This document shows, piece by piece, positions 16,901 through 33,045 of a stretch of 64,000 nt of DNA (its first letter is position 1; every line of letters starts with the position of its first letter). The notes under the pieces were generated by a model that was not told the origin of the DNA, made no database searches, and was given only the letters and a program-made list of their open reading frames with translations. A program made the position numbers and the translations under genes. The DNA comes from Lingula anatina (taxonomy: Eukaryota > Animalia > Brachiopoda). The stretch lies in NCBI GenBank assembly GCA_051362555.1, contig CM120640.1, positions 22,196,001-22,260,000 of the forward strand, written 5' to 3'.

Positions 16901-19900
16901 AAATCTTTTTCTGAGGCTCATTACAACTCTCACATCATCAAAGGTAGTCTGTTGAGACAGTGACCAAATACTTGTTGGATGGTACCACCCACCTAAAGCA
17001 CATAACTAAAATACTGACTAGCAGATGTTGCATGACTCACTTACTGTCATCCCAATGTTAAAGCTCAGACAAACTGTCCCCATTAATGTTGTTTCTTGTT
17101 TGAAAGAATGATTATCTTTATCTAATTCCATGGCATGTCAAGGCAGTTTTGCTGGTAAACAACTTTAACTTATTTCTGGACAATTTTTTTTGAAGATTAA
17201 ATGCCCATGGATGTCATTTCTCTTCTAACTGATACCATGGAGTAATTCTCTTTGTATGAAGTTGTGTGACTAACATGAATCAAATTTATGCAGGCCTTTT
17301 TTCTGACTTTTTCTTTCTTTTTTTTCTAACATGCTTTTCTTTGCATTCAAGAATACCAAAATGAAAATTTCTCGTTGTAAACAACAGGACCTTTAACCTC
17401 TAAATGACGATTCTTATACAATGATAAAAATCTCACCTTAGCAGCATCATCATTTCTTCCAAGGATACCATATACAATTCCCAAGTTCAAATGAGCCACT
17501 AGAAAAAGAAAAATATAAAATAAACAATACATACAATTTCTTTTACTCTCTCTCTCTCTTACACCCTATCACCCACATACATCACATCTTGATAAAAAGA
17601 GAACACATTAAAAATATTAAGTGAAAGTATTTTCCATTTTTACAAAATGTGGATAACTGATGGTTTAGGGGTGTAAGTGGTAATTGATAGTATAACAGTA
17701 TGAACCTTAATCAGAACTTTCATGTTACATTGGTGTTTATCAAATAATATTCATACCTAAATAAATTAAGAATAAACAAAATTCTAAAATCCTTCAACTA
17801 TTTCAATCTTCTTTAATAAATTTTCTTCATCCCCCCTGCCTTTCTCTAACATTAAAGGTCAAATGCCAACCCAAGCATAGAGCTTTTCTTGCAATTTCAA
17901 TTTGAAATACAAGGGCTCACTTGACCCCTATGTTTTGCCTACCCTCACAAATCTCTGGACATTTCTATTGACACAGTCTAAGTCATGGGGCTGGTATTGT
18001 CACATGTGTAAACTGGGGGTTTGACCAGCCTTTGTTCGGACAATGACATGTTAGATGAGGTCATTCCAGATGTCCATTTTCTATGACTGGGTCTACCATA
18101 AATAAATGGATGACAAAGAACTGCCAGAATTGGAGACGGCATTGATTTGTGTTTTTACCTTTGGGTTGGCTGTATTCAGTAACCGATTTGAGCTGCACAA
18201 ACACTTGATATAATTTAAAGGGCAGGTGGGAGGGGTTCTGTATTTGTGTTACATACCAAATATTTTACAAAAGGAAACGTACTACTGCAAAGACATCCCA
18301 ATGGTGAGGGCATATGCTCACTATCAAATACTAAATCTTCTGCACAAAAACGCAACATCCCAATATCACCCATTGAATAAAAACTAGGATTAACTTGACA
18401 GACAATCTGTTCAAATTTTTTCTCAAGAAAAAAATATTCATTATTTTCAACGAATAACAAAAACTGGCTTAACCCCCCTTCCCGACATGTACGCACGCGT
18501 AGGCTGCATAATCAAGCCGCCCAGCCTCAAAGGTATCAAGTGGTTCATCTGCAATTCAATCATCTTCCTTCTCAATCATTCATGGCAGTCATTAGCTAAC
18601 TGTTGCATACATTCATACCATCAACATCACATACAGACGTATCACCTACTTGTCCTTTCAAAAAACATAGACAACAAGTACGCTATGTATATCATTGACT
18701 GAGAGACAAGGACACCCATAGAATTATTGATCATTTAAAGAGGGATTCCTTAAAATAAAAAAAAAAATGGTAAACATTGCAATATTCTTTTTTGAAATAT
18801 ATTTTTCTGTAAGTAATGTCCTGATTTATTCCAATCCTTAATTGCTGCATATACTTGAAATGCACACTTACATGAGAGCCTTGGGCGGAACTTTATTGCA
18901 TTCTGATAACTTATGATGGCATCTTTGTAGCGCTTTTGCTCTTGTAACAAAATACCTCTGAAAATATCACAGAAAGAAGCAAAAAATAAGTTAATATGAT
19001 GATATAGATAAATCAGCATATTTTGAATAAAACATGATATCCATGATAAGAGTTTCCAGAATCTGGCTTCACAGTGAAAGCTGAGAGGGGATCTAGCAAG
19101 TGTGATAACACCATTACAACAGGAAAGGTCCTGTTAAACTGTAAATTTGCATTTGCCCTAGCCTCTCTGATGCATGCATGGATTTTCCAGTCTACTGAGA
19201 TGGCAGTGGAAATCAAATACCATGAGAACAAGAAGAGCAGGGACAAAAGTGTGACTTGCAATATTTTTTCTCATTAAGCAGACTGGATACAAAAGAAATG
19301 AGGACAGGATCAATGCAATATGATCAGTCAATTACACTAGTAGGGATAATGCGGATTGGATCTGAGCCCAGTTTCACAAAATGAAAGCTGAAATTTGGTC
19401 TTTACTTAAGAACTGAAAATTTGGGGTATGTTTCAACACAGGACAAATTTTAAGTAGTCCAATAATGTAGAGTAAACATTGGTCTATATCATAAAGTTTC
19501 TCACTTTTGTAGAATAGGTGTGATATATTCTCATTTTAGTATCAGCTAGACAACAACTACAAACTGAGTCAACCTGTATCAAAGTAGACTGAAATTTTAC
19601 TTTTTTAAGCAAAAACCAAATTTTGACTTATGTTTTGCTATGAAATTAGACTCTTATTCTCAGGTCTCACAGAGCTTGACATTGGGAGCCATTTCAACAT
19701 TTTTTCAACCATCAGAAAGAACTTTTTGCAAGATATATCTATTTCAGTTAATTTATTCATTTCATGCAATTTGCCAAGTCATACAATCCATTTTCCCCCC
19801 CGTTTCTTTGCTGCAGATTAGCACCAGAGTTATGACAATGACACATATGACCTACAAATCCAACCTTTTCAGAAATCAATATTACATGGAAAAAGATATA

Positions 19901-22900
19901 AAATACATGATCTATAAAACCCATTTAGTATTTATAAGCAAAAGCACATCTTATATGCAAATGCCAAGCATCATATATGTGCAAATGCAACATAGAGTTC
20001 ATGGTAGAAAATTTAAAAGTGGCTGTATTTAAATGTATAACAGGCAGTTTTTCTTCTAACAGTGACGAAGTTCTTAACAGTCCAGGTGCTCCTTAATGGG
20101 CACAAATCAACCACAGCTTGTCCACCCTGGTCCGTAGTTACAACAACTTTAATCAAGTTACCATGGGAATGCCCCATGGAAAAGTCATAAAAAAAGTCAA
20201 ACTTGTAAGGTAGCATATACAGGGCACATATATGTAAAGTTGGTGCCAGGAAAAGTTGTCTTAAGATAATCAAATTAAGTCAAGAGGAAATTTATCCACC
20301 CTTTGGGCGAAGTGATCAGAAGGGCATTCTATTCCCAATTTTCACTGGACCTAAACTGTAGGAGCAAAGGTGTGATGTAAATAATTGGTTAGTTGAGATG
20401 AGAACAGCAAAAACAAGCCTCCTTGCATAATTTAGTCTTTAAAAAATGCTGTTCACAGTAATCATGCTTTTAAGGAAAAAATAATTTGATGGCATGCTTG
20501 TTTTAAAGAATTCAATTGTCTTTCAACATTTAATATCCTACAGAAAGAGAACACACTTGTTTTTCAGGTTTTAATGTCATCATCAATATTCTAAACAAGG
20601 TTTTGAGCTATCACAGTAAGCGTTTATAAAAAGGTTTAACACCAATCAACAACAAAATAAACTATACATAAAAATCAGGAATGATCTGTGCATATCCCCG
20701 ATTTTGAAATCAAACAACAATTGGCAAGCCTTTCTCATTTTTTACAACACAAAACTTAAATACTAAATTAAAAAATCAAGTTATTTGTTAATTCCTTTTC
20801 CTGCTATTTTAATGTAAATGTACTAAAAATTTGTTTTCCTAACTTACAGGTTATAGTGGACATCTGCCATATTGCCCCTATGTTGTAATGCTGCAGAATA
20901 AGCTTGTTCTGCTTCTTCCACTCTGTTTTGACTGTTGTAAATATTGGCCAAGTTACCCCATGCTGAAAAAAAAAAAATTAAACTACAAATGTTTTAATTC
21001 TTAAAAGATATAATTAAATGACAGCTTCTATTAGTTCACCAATAATTTTTGTTTTTAATCTCTATAAGTGAAAAGAAATTGAAAAAAAAAACAAAACATT
21101 AAAAAATTTTAAAAGACCATGCCAGCTAAATACTAAACATATTCATTTATATGCACATGATGAAAATTCATAAGCAGATACAAGACAAAAATAATATAAA
21201 GTTAACAGGTACCCAATTTTAACATAATTTGAAACAAACAAGGAGATTTTTGAATTTCTTCTCATTCTGAGAAAAGAAAAACACTTAAATGAGTTGTCCT
21301 TATATATGTAAAAACCTGCCGACATTCTTTAAAACCTTTCAGACCTTGGACCTTCTAAATCATTCTAATTACTAGTATTTGCGACCAATTTCAATACTGC
21401 AACTGCTGCATATACAATTATCATCAACGTGGTTAGTAGAAAACAAGGTTCTAAATCAACATTGGGCCTTGCTTGTCTGGTACTAAATTATCAATGAGGG
21501 TAATTTTCCAAGAAAAAAATACAGAAAGGCAATCAATTGAGTTAATTCATGGCTTGTTTTTTTTAGTTTTATTTCCATCTGTTTCTGTGAAATTGATTGC
21601 CATGTGAATTTTCCCTCAGGGAAAAAAAAACTTAATCTTGCATTCTCCATACCAATTTTATCCATGGGATTCCTCTGGGGACACTCATTTGCACAAATGA
21701 GATCAATGGAATCAGTCTGTTCCAACAAGCTTAGCAGAAATGTAACAAAACTTAACAACTGGTCATAATTCCACCTATATACAGGTCTTATTTTTTATCG
21801 AAACAAAAAACAAGTAACTTAACATACAAGTCATGCTATGTACTTACCTTTGGCAGGGTTCACGGAGATTCCAGACTTATATAGCCTCTCTTCCGTCTTC
21901 CAATCCTCATTGCGTAAAACAGTTCTTGCGCTAAATGCTAGCAACAAAACCACCAGTAATAAATGCATTGCCCTTCTTTGTCCTTTGTTTTTAATTTTTT
22001 TATGTAATAAATAAGCACCTTCTGCCACAAGCATACAAAACCCCATACTGGGAAGATAGAGAACCCTTTCTGCTATCACAAAACCAACATAGAAAAATAT
22101 GTTTGTTGCTGGGATGAATGGGAAGATCATGGTTGCCATGGATATGATAAGAACATTTAACGTCCTATTTGTAGTAGTGGTTTTAATATTCTGATTATCG
22201 TCACTGCTATCTGTGGAGCTGGAGGAGTTTCTTCTGGCGAGTCTATGGCGTTTGTATGCCACTGTTTGTTTAGAATGACTTGTATAATGACTAGATGAAC
22301 CCCAATGATGAGAAAACCCATTACCATTTGCAGCTGAGGGTTTAGCATCTTGCTTGCCTTGCTGATTTAAATTTTTGACAATTTGACTAGTTGTTACTGC
22401 AAGTGCTGCATAAAAGCCAGCAGTCAGTATATTACGGTGGTCTGCCAATGACTCAACCAACGGTATAGACTCCATTGACCAATCAAAACTCAGGATGCTT
22501 GGACAAATCAACAACCAGAGATTCACTACTGGCAGATAGAAAAATGTCAGTGTTCGCGTCAGAAAACTGTCTGAGTCTGACGCAGGGTTGTCTGCTGGAG
22601 CAAATTCAGGTGGTTTACTGCCCATAAGGTAGATACGAAAGCTAACCAAGCACCCTCCTATTGCTGTCAGTAATGCAAGGCCTTCAAGGAGACTCCTGTA
22701 CTTTTTCTGCAAAATACAATAATAGATGTTTAGAATGATAAAAAATAATTTAATGCTAACATTTTGGTGTATGTGCATAAATCTTACATCAACATATAAC
22801 AATATGCAAATTATGGGTAATTGTAAAATTAATTTAATGGCCACATTGCAATACAAAAAAAAAAAAATTTTAAATTAAAATCGATAACAAGAAATGAGCT

Positions 22901-25900
22901 TGAAAATAACTGGAGAAAATAACACTTTTCATTGGTCATCTTCACATACAGGTGTTGGTGTGGTCAGAAAAATATATAGAGCTATAATATTAAACAGTAA
23001 ACTGGGCAGATGTTTATGGTTTTAGTGCTCTAAGGAGTTGCTAAATGATTCAAATTAAAGACACCTCAACAGAAAAAGAGTTAAACCAGGCATAAAGCTG
23101 CCATTTATTGTCAGAGATTTGTGTTCATCCGCCACAAATTCGGTTAGTGCTCCTATGCCTCTGGGTATAAACACAAAACAAAACTATCCCGGACTTAAAC
23201 CATGTACATAATCAGCAGACGATTCTCTCCACTTGGTATGACAATTGGATAATGTAGACATCTCCCCACCAGAGAGTAAAATAAATGGTTTATTGAAGGT
23301 GCTGGGAAGTCGTGGCCAAACACATTATTGATATTCAACTAACCAAACTGAAATTGCATAACATCTTATTTTCATTCCTCTTGCCATATAGATCGCATTA
23401 ATTCTCCGTTAGTTATTGCTGGAGAAGAGGCCCAACAAAGAGTGACCCATGAACAATAGGGGGTTAAACGTTTCCTTGCTCCTTGATTCTTACCTTCATG
23501 GACAATTTGACTCATTATCCAGAGTTCAGAAGCTGACAGTTAATTTGTAGCTTCTAAATAGTGGCAACATGACATGAATTAAAGTCACATATGTATGTAT
23601 TAAAAGGTGTACACATTACCACATCAAACAAATACCGCCACTTAAACAGTACTTAGGACTAAGAATTTTATGCAACTGACTGTATAATGATCTATAATTC
23701 CCAAGTTGTGGTGAGTTTCTATGAATACTATTGCCTTTGTGATGAATTGTGACATGCTCACTGATCTAGAGAAGTATTCTAACATGATTCATGTGTTACT
23801 TTCATGAAACTGAATAATACATTAACAGTACTTAAAGGCACTTGAAAATCAGTCTTAACATAAAGCGTGTTGCATAATACATTTTGGCTGCATCTTGAGA
23901 AACACATAAATTAGCTGTGGAAACATCATCTTTGTTATGTTTTTGGAGAGTTACTAAGTTTGAAAGTTCCCAGTTTTATATTATACAGGTGGAGTTGCCT
24001 TTTCATCTTTAATATGATAAATGAATATTTTAAACATACATTTCAGATTTTGCCACTAATCTTCAGGATAAATCCGCCTTTTTTGGCATTCAGCAAGGGA
24101 ACTTCATGAAATTTAGACCTTTCAACTTACAAACTGACATGTAGTGGCAGAACAATTGTTGGAAAATTTTTACATGGCTGTTAACCGCTCACATCAAAGA
24201 CTAATGTGCTTTCTTTATTTCCTTCATAAAAAGATCCTTGCCTACTCACTCCCAATTGTCATTATATAAGTAACAATGGAAGCCGTGTGAGATAAGACTA
24301 AATGACAGATTCTCAACCTGAGCATGTGTGTTTATGTGTAACACTGCTCCTGTGCAAAGTAATGAAGAGGATGAACTGTGCAACAACAAAAAAATATTAT
24401 TTAAAAAAAATTTCAGGAAAAAATTAAACTGTGCAACCATTATTCAGAAGTCTTACCATGAAAAATGACATATTACATAAAAGGTATTTCTTAAGAGCAA
24501 AATCCTTTTTTAAATTTGAGGTAGGGGGCCAGTGCAGAAAAGTCATGCATTTGAAAATTGAGCCGAAGTGATAGAACATGTAGGTTTATCCCCTTTGTAG
24601 ACTTAGAATGACAGGGATATCACTAACATGCTTCAGGTGAATGATAAATGAGCAAGGGAATTAGAAAAAATTAATAAAAAAGTTTGCAATGGTTTATGTT
24701 GGCAACAAATCACTCTCAAACTTGTCAATGACGTGTTTACAAGGGCTGGGGATTACATGAAACACATCTCCACATTGATCTACTTAAACTTCAAGCAAAC
24801 ACCATAATTCTTGAATTATTTATATATAGCTTCACTCAGGAGGGATATGAGAATTGTATTGCATATAATTTATAACCATTTGTTGACAGCAGATCATATA
24901 CTAATGCTTTATCTAAAACTCGGTGAAAACTTCCCCCTGTCTTCATCACAGACCTGTTTTCATGCTTCTCTTCCATCTGTTCACTTCAAAAATGGACAAT
25001 CATGGTGGTGAAACAGCTTCTCAGAGTTGTGTCAATAAAAATCGCTTATAATTTATGAAGTTATTTGGAATGAACATAAAAGATTTTTTGACAACTGCAC
25101 AGGTGTCGCGTAATTCTGACAACAGGTAAGACAAAACAATGGAGCAGGTTTCAGCCACAGGCCATAGAGCTATACATGCAACAAACCTTCCACAGAATAG
25201 AGCTGACGCATTTGCCCATCATCTCGTGATTAGTGTCAGGTTTGATGACAAATCACAACCATGGCACCATGCTCCTTCTTAGTGACCTCTCATAAAAACT
25301 TGTTTTTTCCTTTTTTAACACTACACTATAATGATGTGCCTTAAAATTCAGCAAAGTGTGAGATAAAGTAATGGGTAATGCAGAAAACCTTTCTTTAAAC
25401 CAGAGACAAGTTTTCTACAGCAATTCATAAGACTCATTTAGATTAGGGTATTTCTCAAAAATTGATATCTTCAGATGAAAAAATTCACAAGTTCGTTTTA
25501 TAGTTCAAAGTTCAAAAAGGGAAATGAAAAGAGACCCAACGTCTCAATCAATTTAGAAAAGTGCCATAGACCGCAGTTTCCAGGTGCCATGAAAAAAAAA
25601 AAACAAAGAAAAATTCTGGGCTGCAACTGGACAACATGCTGAGAAATCAATGGGGAAACAATGGGAACTAAATTTAATGCACAAGTCTCTATCATTGTTG
25701 TCTCATACACAGTCTTTTATACAATAAACTGACTTTTTAAAATCTCACTGTCAACTGGATATCATGGTATTGTATTCCCTATGAAATGGTTAGAACTTGT
25801 AAGGTGTTAAGTTATATAATTCACATAGTATCGTATGGTTATCAATAAATATACTGTCAAGTTTATACAGATTATCAATCAGGCAACACTTGAAAAAAAT

Positions 25901-28900
25901 AAATAAAAGCAGAATATCTATCCATTTTTCATTTAGCAGAGGAGGGAGTTTTGACGTGAAGGAGAAATGCCTTTGTAGGCTAAGTACTTTGAACTCTCAA
26001 GAATTTGTTTTGTGATAATCTTCAAACAATTAAGCAACATGTACCTCACAGCCTCATCTTTATTGAATGATTTCAAGAGGCCACACTTACCACAGATAGG
26101 ACTAGAGATAGATCACACACTCGCATACGATGCTGTATGAACATGTCATAAACTGCACAGACGGCCAGTACAGTGACTCCCTGCTCTTTAGTCAGCATAC
26201 TGGAAGCAGTAAATATGGCCACTAGGAACATGGACAGCCATTTCCGTGACTGTGCGTCATCCTCAGGGTTGCAAAACTGCCATGACTTGTCCCTGTACTT
26301 GCAAAATCTTTGATAGCAAAGAAATGCCAGCAGGAAAAACAAACTGGCTCCCACATCTGCACGTCCCACAACACCAGCCACTGCCTCTGTGTGGATGGGG
26401 TGGGTTGCAAATAAAAGTCCTGCTAGAATTGTGGGAAACGTCCTTCGTAAGAAGCATTTTGCAAAGTATGTGTACAGTCCTGTAACAGCTACATGTAATA
26501 ATACATTGCCTATGTGGTAACCCCTTGGATTCAGGCCGTCCAGGTAATAGTTAAGCCTGAAGGACAGGACACACAGGGGACGGTACGACTTGTGTGAACC
26601 ACTGTGTGTGAGAGGAGTTCCCCAGAAGTCATCCAAGAACAGGTTCCACACAGGGGTCTGTGGTAACAGGTCCTGGTTCTTCTGGATGGCACGACTGCAA
26701 TACAGAGAAAATGTTCAATAAAACATTATAGTTATAAATAGTTATATTTTCAAACATATCAATTAAAATTTTCTTATTTCGTGACATAATTATGTGGTGA
26801 ACAAATCATGAATGAAAAATGCTGAAATTCAACTGAACTCATTATAAGCACAATGAATTCTATTAATCAGAAATCAAAATGAACTCGTATCAATAATAAT
26901 GTAGTTAAGTCTTGGTTAAAATGAAAATACTTATTCTACAGGTTTTTAAAAGTAAATACTATATATAAAAAGACTAATTCCAATTTAATTGTTTTTCTTT
27001 GAATGATTGATTACAAAATATATTGAATTGTCAACTCATGGACTATGTGATAAAGTGGATCGGATTTCTTTAAATGCACTTTTAATTTAATTCTAAGACA
27101 ACTTAACAATTGTAGGGTACACTTTTTGTAATGTTTGGCAGTTGAGAATGTTTTTTAAACACTTTTTTCTCACTTTCCAGATTCTTTTAATATTCCAGCA
27201 GAGTGCATGTTCTTACTTATCAAAAGTTAAACTTAATAAAAACTTAGAGGAAAAGTCAACATGTTATTAGTAGGCGAGAAGATCAGAGATATCTCTTAGT
27301 TTACCAGGTGAAAAAGGTTAGACTCATGGGGGTCCTGTGGTCTTTCTCAGACAGGATTAACTTCAATTCACCTAACAGTTGATCAAATATTTGTTACACT
27401 TATATTCCTCTTGCTGGAATGGAACTTTTAACTTTCTCTCTATTTTGATGTCTCTGTCATGATAATTCAGGTAAACAGTGGGCTGCCTGAGGCTTTGTGC
27501 TAGAATAAACCGACATAGGATGCTGCGTCTTAATTACATTTAGACAGCTCTCTACTTTCAACTTTTCCATTTGCTTAGGTTGCTAAGTCCTGTAAAGAGA
27601 CCTTTTCTTTGTTGACATCCAGCCCTATACTCAGTCTCTCTACTTTATGCTAATGTTGGTTAAATATGTATTTGGGATCCATTTGCTCATGTAAGCTAAC
27701 ATATTTTCAGGTTTTTGTTTACTGGCATAATTACCACAAACCCGTCTTTATGGCCAAAACAAACAATGCAAAAAAGTTAAATGGTCCTGGGAGAAAGCTG
27801 TCAATTTAAGAACAGGAAGCTTGCTTGAAACACATAGTGAAACTGACGCAGCTTTTCTCAAACAATTGTTTCTAATGCACTTTGTTTCACAATATTCTAT
27901 TTCTACTCTACTAACAACAAAATGTCAAAATCTATCTGTTAAAAACATAGCACAGCAGTACAGTAATCCCATAATCAAGTAAAATATATTTCTAGGATTT
28001 AGAAAAAGTTTTCTAGCAGAATCAACAGCATACATTTTATTTCATCTAACAAAAATAGGAAAAATATCAGCATGTGTTCCTTAAACTGGGTTGGTCAAGA
28101 TTATACCTTTCTCTTATTAAACACGAGGATTAATAATCTGTACTTCTATCTTTCTTATCCCCCCATGCGACATCAATTCCATCGTCTTTGTTATGAAATA
28201 GCTGTTAAACCCTAACAGAGGATCCCGCATAGCGTAAAGTGAGGCTATAGACAGGTGAAGCACTAATCTCTACTGAGATAAACCCTGGGTTTGCAAACAT
28301 TGTCCTAAGAGCTTTTGATATGGTATACGGAATTCAACAATAAAAATTTGATTGAAATGAATAAATTTTGAAAGTTATCAAAAGTAGTAGCAGTGGAGTT
28401 CAGGGATACAAAACGGCTGATGGGAAATAACACAAATCCGATTTATACTTTCTGGACTATTAGCAATTTTTGACAATCATACAATCTTAAATAGTCAAAA
28501 TGGTTGCACAATAAGTAAGAAATAACGGTCACTCAATGCCTTCTTTAAAGCATTTCAAATTTAGGAACACAAGTTTGTAATCAACAACATATATTTAAAA
28601 GTAAAAATATATAAATGTACTAGTACCGGTATATACAGTGTAAAAAAATCATAAAAAAAGAAAACATAGTAGATTAGAAAAAGTGCCATTCTTTATTTTT
28701 GTGCTCTCACACTGTTATATCCAGATAGTGTGTAGTATTTGACAGACGCTGGTGTGATTCAAACTGATATACTCTGGGTATACGTACATGTACTTATGGT
28801 GAATAAAATGAATACTACTGAGCTAGCACTGAAATAATTCAAAAAGATGCAAAGAAGTGAAAAATACCAGACTTCCAATGATTAAAGAATAACAAGGAGA

Positions 28901-31900
28901 GCAGTAACATAATACAGAATAAGAACAAGACGAGTAAATCTATATTCTGTGTCTCTGCTGGAGATATTTCCAGCAGGATGGTCTCATGGAGCACCCAAGG
29001 TCTGGAAATGTGGGAACCAAGGATTTTTACCTGTCTATCCATAAGGACCCAACTTAATCTGTTGTATGATAGTCAAAAAAATATATAGAGAAGATCCCTC
29101 AACTGGGATTATATTTCTAATTGTATCATAGTTAGGTATGAAAAAAAAAAAGGAGAAAAAAGCGGCACTGTACGAGTGCCAGTTTCTTTGCAACAGTGCA
29201 CATTAAAAGAAAGATGGCAATTTCAACTGACTATAGCCGTCAAATCAAGTTAGCATAATTATGTCAACGAATAATTGCTGATCGGGTCTTATTCCTGAAT
29301 GTGCTGTCAAAATAACTCATCCATTTTTTACTCATTTTCCAAAATTAATGAGGCATTTTCCTTTCGTTCTGAGCCATCTGCTCAACAATAACTTCACCTC
29401 ATTATTGGGGCATCAAGGCAATGGAGCAGACATATGGGATGTCTCTACACACTCAGCATCTAGACTGCCAGACTCGTACTTGTCAGAAGACAATCAAGCA
29501 ATGGTGAAGAACATGCTTAAAAAGACGTGAAACAACTTTACTTCTGGATGAAAATGCGCGGTAATGGTCTGCAATACAGATTATTCATGCAGAATACCTG
29601 CCACTAACAACCAACATTATGTCTGTTCGTCCACTACTAAAAAGAGATTAACAAATGGTTGGTTTTCAAACTCAACTTTATAGCGTAAATCAGATGGTGG
29701 GTTGACAAACACGGGAATTGGTAATTTCAGCCAAAATTTTCAGCCAAGACTGCACATCCAAAACCCAATATTCAATGCTGCTGGGCAAACTTTGCTCTCA
29801 GTGTGTTGGATCACTGGACAATGGAAGGTGTTGGTATGGGAAATTGAAAATGAGGAGCAAATATTGAATCATAACTTGTTTATTCTGTGAGAAAGCCCCT
29901 ATACATGAACCCATTGATCACAGCTGGCAAGAAAGGTGGGGGCCGTCAACCGTCCAAAAGGCAAACAGCAGTAAGAAGTGTTAGAAAATTGCATTTTTCT
30001 GCATCAAAAAAGTCAATCCCTTCACCTAGGTGGACCTTTGACCACTCAATGGCGCCACTTTAAGCTCAAACCAAACACAGCTCTTCAATTGAAAGTGCTT
30101 ATTTTTCAATAGAGATATTGACTCAGGTACGAACCGAGTCTTCTCTTCACCTGTGCAAAAAAATAAGCCATCATTTGAACACCCCTTGAGGCATAGGTAT
30201 TTATAGAGAAATTTCCCTTTGTTCAGCAGAATAACCCTGTGGTGTTGTTATGGCAGGGGAGGCATGTCTTGGAAGGAAAATTTTCTCCGCAAATTATCCT
30301 TTTTTGGCCTCTGGTGCTGTATCACTGTGTATTGTTCCTTGTCACGTTAAAAATACAAAGCTGCCCTTTTCACCCATCTACCGTGTCTCCAGTAGCTTTC
30401 TGGGCATACATATAGTTGGGAACTGGTAGACAGTCTTGATACGCACACCTGCCTGGAATGTGCGGCACCCTGAAGAAAAGTCAAAAGTGCTCTTGTGCAC
30501 TTCAGCATGAGTCAATTTAGTATGAAAACAAGGTTTTGGATGTGATAATACAACTTTTAACCTTAGTGATGTATTGAGACTGGCTCAAAAACAAACTCTT
30601 CGCCACTAAACCTCTTTGCCTCCAAAATCATGTCTAAGTTGGTTTTGGAAAATAATCATACTTTTCACTGACTGTTAAGTGCATTAAGAATAAATTTCTG
30701 TGACCCAACAATTCTAAGATGGTTTTACACAAGTACACATATGTAAAAACTTTATCACAAATGCAGAATAATGTCACTGATAAATGTGTCAGGAAATAAA
30801 TTAAGAACAAAAGAAAAATTTTATGCATGCAAAAAGATTTATATTGACCTACTGTGTCCTGAAACACAAAGTCAACTGTTGTCATTTCCTTTTTCAATCT
30901 TTTAAAAATCATCTTTTACCTCTTTGAAATGATTTAAATCATTTTGAAAAAAAAAAAAAACTACCAATGTTGTTATAAAAAGAGGTGATCCCTCACAGTC
31001 TCTAAAATTGTGAAACTGCAGCACAATGACATTGTCAGTATAACTCCCCACCACAAGAAAACAGGGCAATTTATCCCTCAAACTGCCACATTCAATTTCC
31101 ACTTGGTGCAATACTGGACATACTGCTCACTGGTCAGACACGTTAATAGCACTCTGATGAGGGGGTAATGAATACTTAATAGCAGAGTAATCTCTACCTG
31201 GAAGGAAGCCTTTCAAATTCTGCTGGGCTCACTGGGAAAGGTGGTAAGATTGCCTGTCATGTGACATAACAAGTCTGTCTGAAGGCCACAAATAATTTCC
31301 CATGAGGATCGATTCCCTGTCCTTCAAATTATTCGACACTGTTTGATGTGTTAATCAATGAAAATCTGATATGCCCACCATTCACTCATGTTATGACATA
31401 TTGGAGGTGTCTATCAACACCAATCTAAAACTACATATGGCCATTCTTGACTTAAACAGAAGTCATACATGGTTAGCTTTGTTTATTTTCATGGACATAT
31501 TGCCTAGGAGACATTGAATGAAACACCACATTGGCTTTAAAACAAAAAACCTCAAGACCTACATCCAAAAAAGAATGGCATCAGTCATTGAGAGGGGGAG
31601 ATAAAGTAAATCGGTCTACCAAGCTGGGCTGACAACACCCAAACAAAGCAGTCAAAGTTTCAATTTAAGTTTTCAACAGTGGATCAGTTACAAGTGACAA
31701 TCACACAGGGGGGCTTCCAGCAGTACAGGGATCCCAAAAAGACAAGGCCATTGGCCATTGGGGAGGGGTTCAAATATCTTTGTAATAATGGCCAGCACAA
31801 TGCCCCACCTCTATTGACTTCTCAGGTAATTTTTATACTTGCTTTCTCTGCTTGTGGAAGGACAAATACTGACTATACACACACCACAATCTGGGATTTC

Positions 31901-32297
31901 CACACCAGTGCCCAATCTGAGATGGGTCAAAAATGCTGTCTAACATCCCAGAATGTAGGCTGTGAACTCTGCCCCAGAGGTTACAGGGTTCTGACCCGTA
32001 CCTACAGACACTATTAGACAAATTACTCAAGTATACTAAAGGACTCCTCAAGTCAAACCATTAAATATTGAGTTTTTACAAAAGGACTGGGGAACCAACA
32101 TCCACAGCTGCCTTTTAAATAAATCTCATTTTAATTTGCTCATAAAACAAACTACCAGAAGAACATGCTACTGGAAACTAGAGTTAACACCTATTAATGT
32201 CAAATTAGCAGGAGTTATTTCTCAAAATGTGTGTTGCTACACAAGGCAACAACTTTCACAAAAAATCAAATCCTGGCAGATGCACTTGTGGACAAAT

Positions 32298-32333
<36 letters not shown>

Positions 32334-32999
32334 CAGAATAAGCAGACTCCCACTACAAGTGTTATTAATTCAGAGAGTTTGATTTTTTTAAGCTAGAAAG
32401 TGACTCGGAATGTCATGCTGGTGTTGTTTGGTTTCACATGGCAAAAGCATTCAATTCAGAAGTTGACTTTTTTTTTAAATTCCACACACTCCTGTACTAA
32501 AACTCCCATTCCTGATTATACATAGGCACAAGGCAAGGACAGAGGAACTCTGCATGGTTCTTCCTCTACAGGACAACAGAGATGTCACTCCCTCTGGCAC
32601 CACTTAAATTAATGACATTTTTAACCTCACAAATGACATTTTCAAACTGATCAAAATTCCATGAAAGAGCTAATTACAAAGTTAAAAATACATTTTATTC
32701 AGAACCAAAATATTTCTGTTCATTATGTTTATGTAAAAAAAATCCAATCTTTACAAAAAAAATCAGCCTACATTTATTCACTACAGAAGAAATTCCATTT
32801 TCAAATTTTTAATAAAAATGTTTTAAACAAGGATCAGTGCAGATTTAGTCAAGAATATACTTAGCAATAATATTGCTGGTATATCTGACTTTACTTAATA
32901 ACTTAAAAGGAAACTTATTTTTGAGATAACTATATGCCAACTGGTGATGTAAAAAAATATGAAGAGGGCAATTTGTCTATTTCTTATTATATCTGGCAG

Positions 33000-33045
<46 letters not shown>

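Noticed and set aside
33003-33042. Poly(A)40 as the tail of a retrocopy or SINE
   Set aside because: No upstream Pol III A/B boxes, coding remnant or flanking direct repeats were visible.
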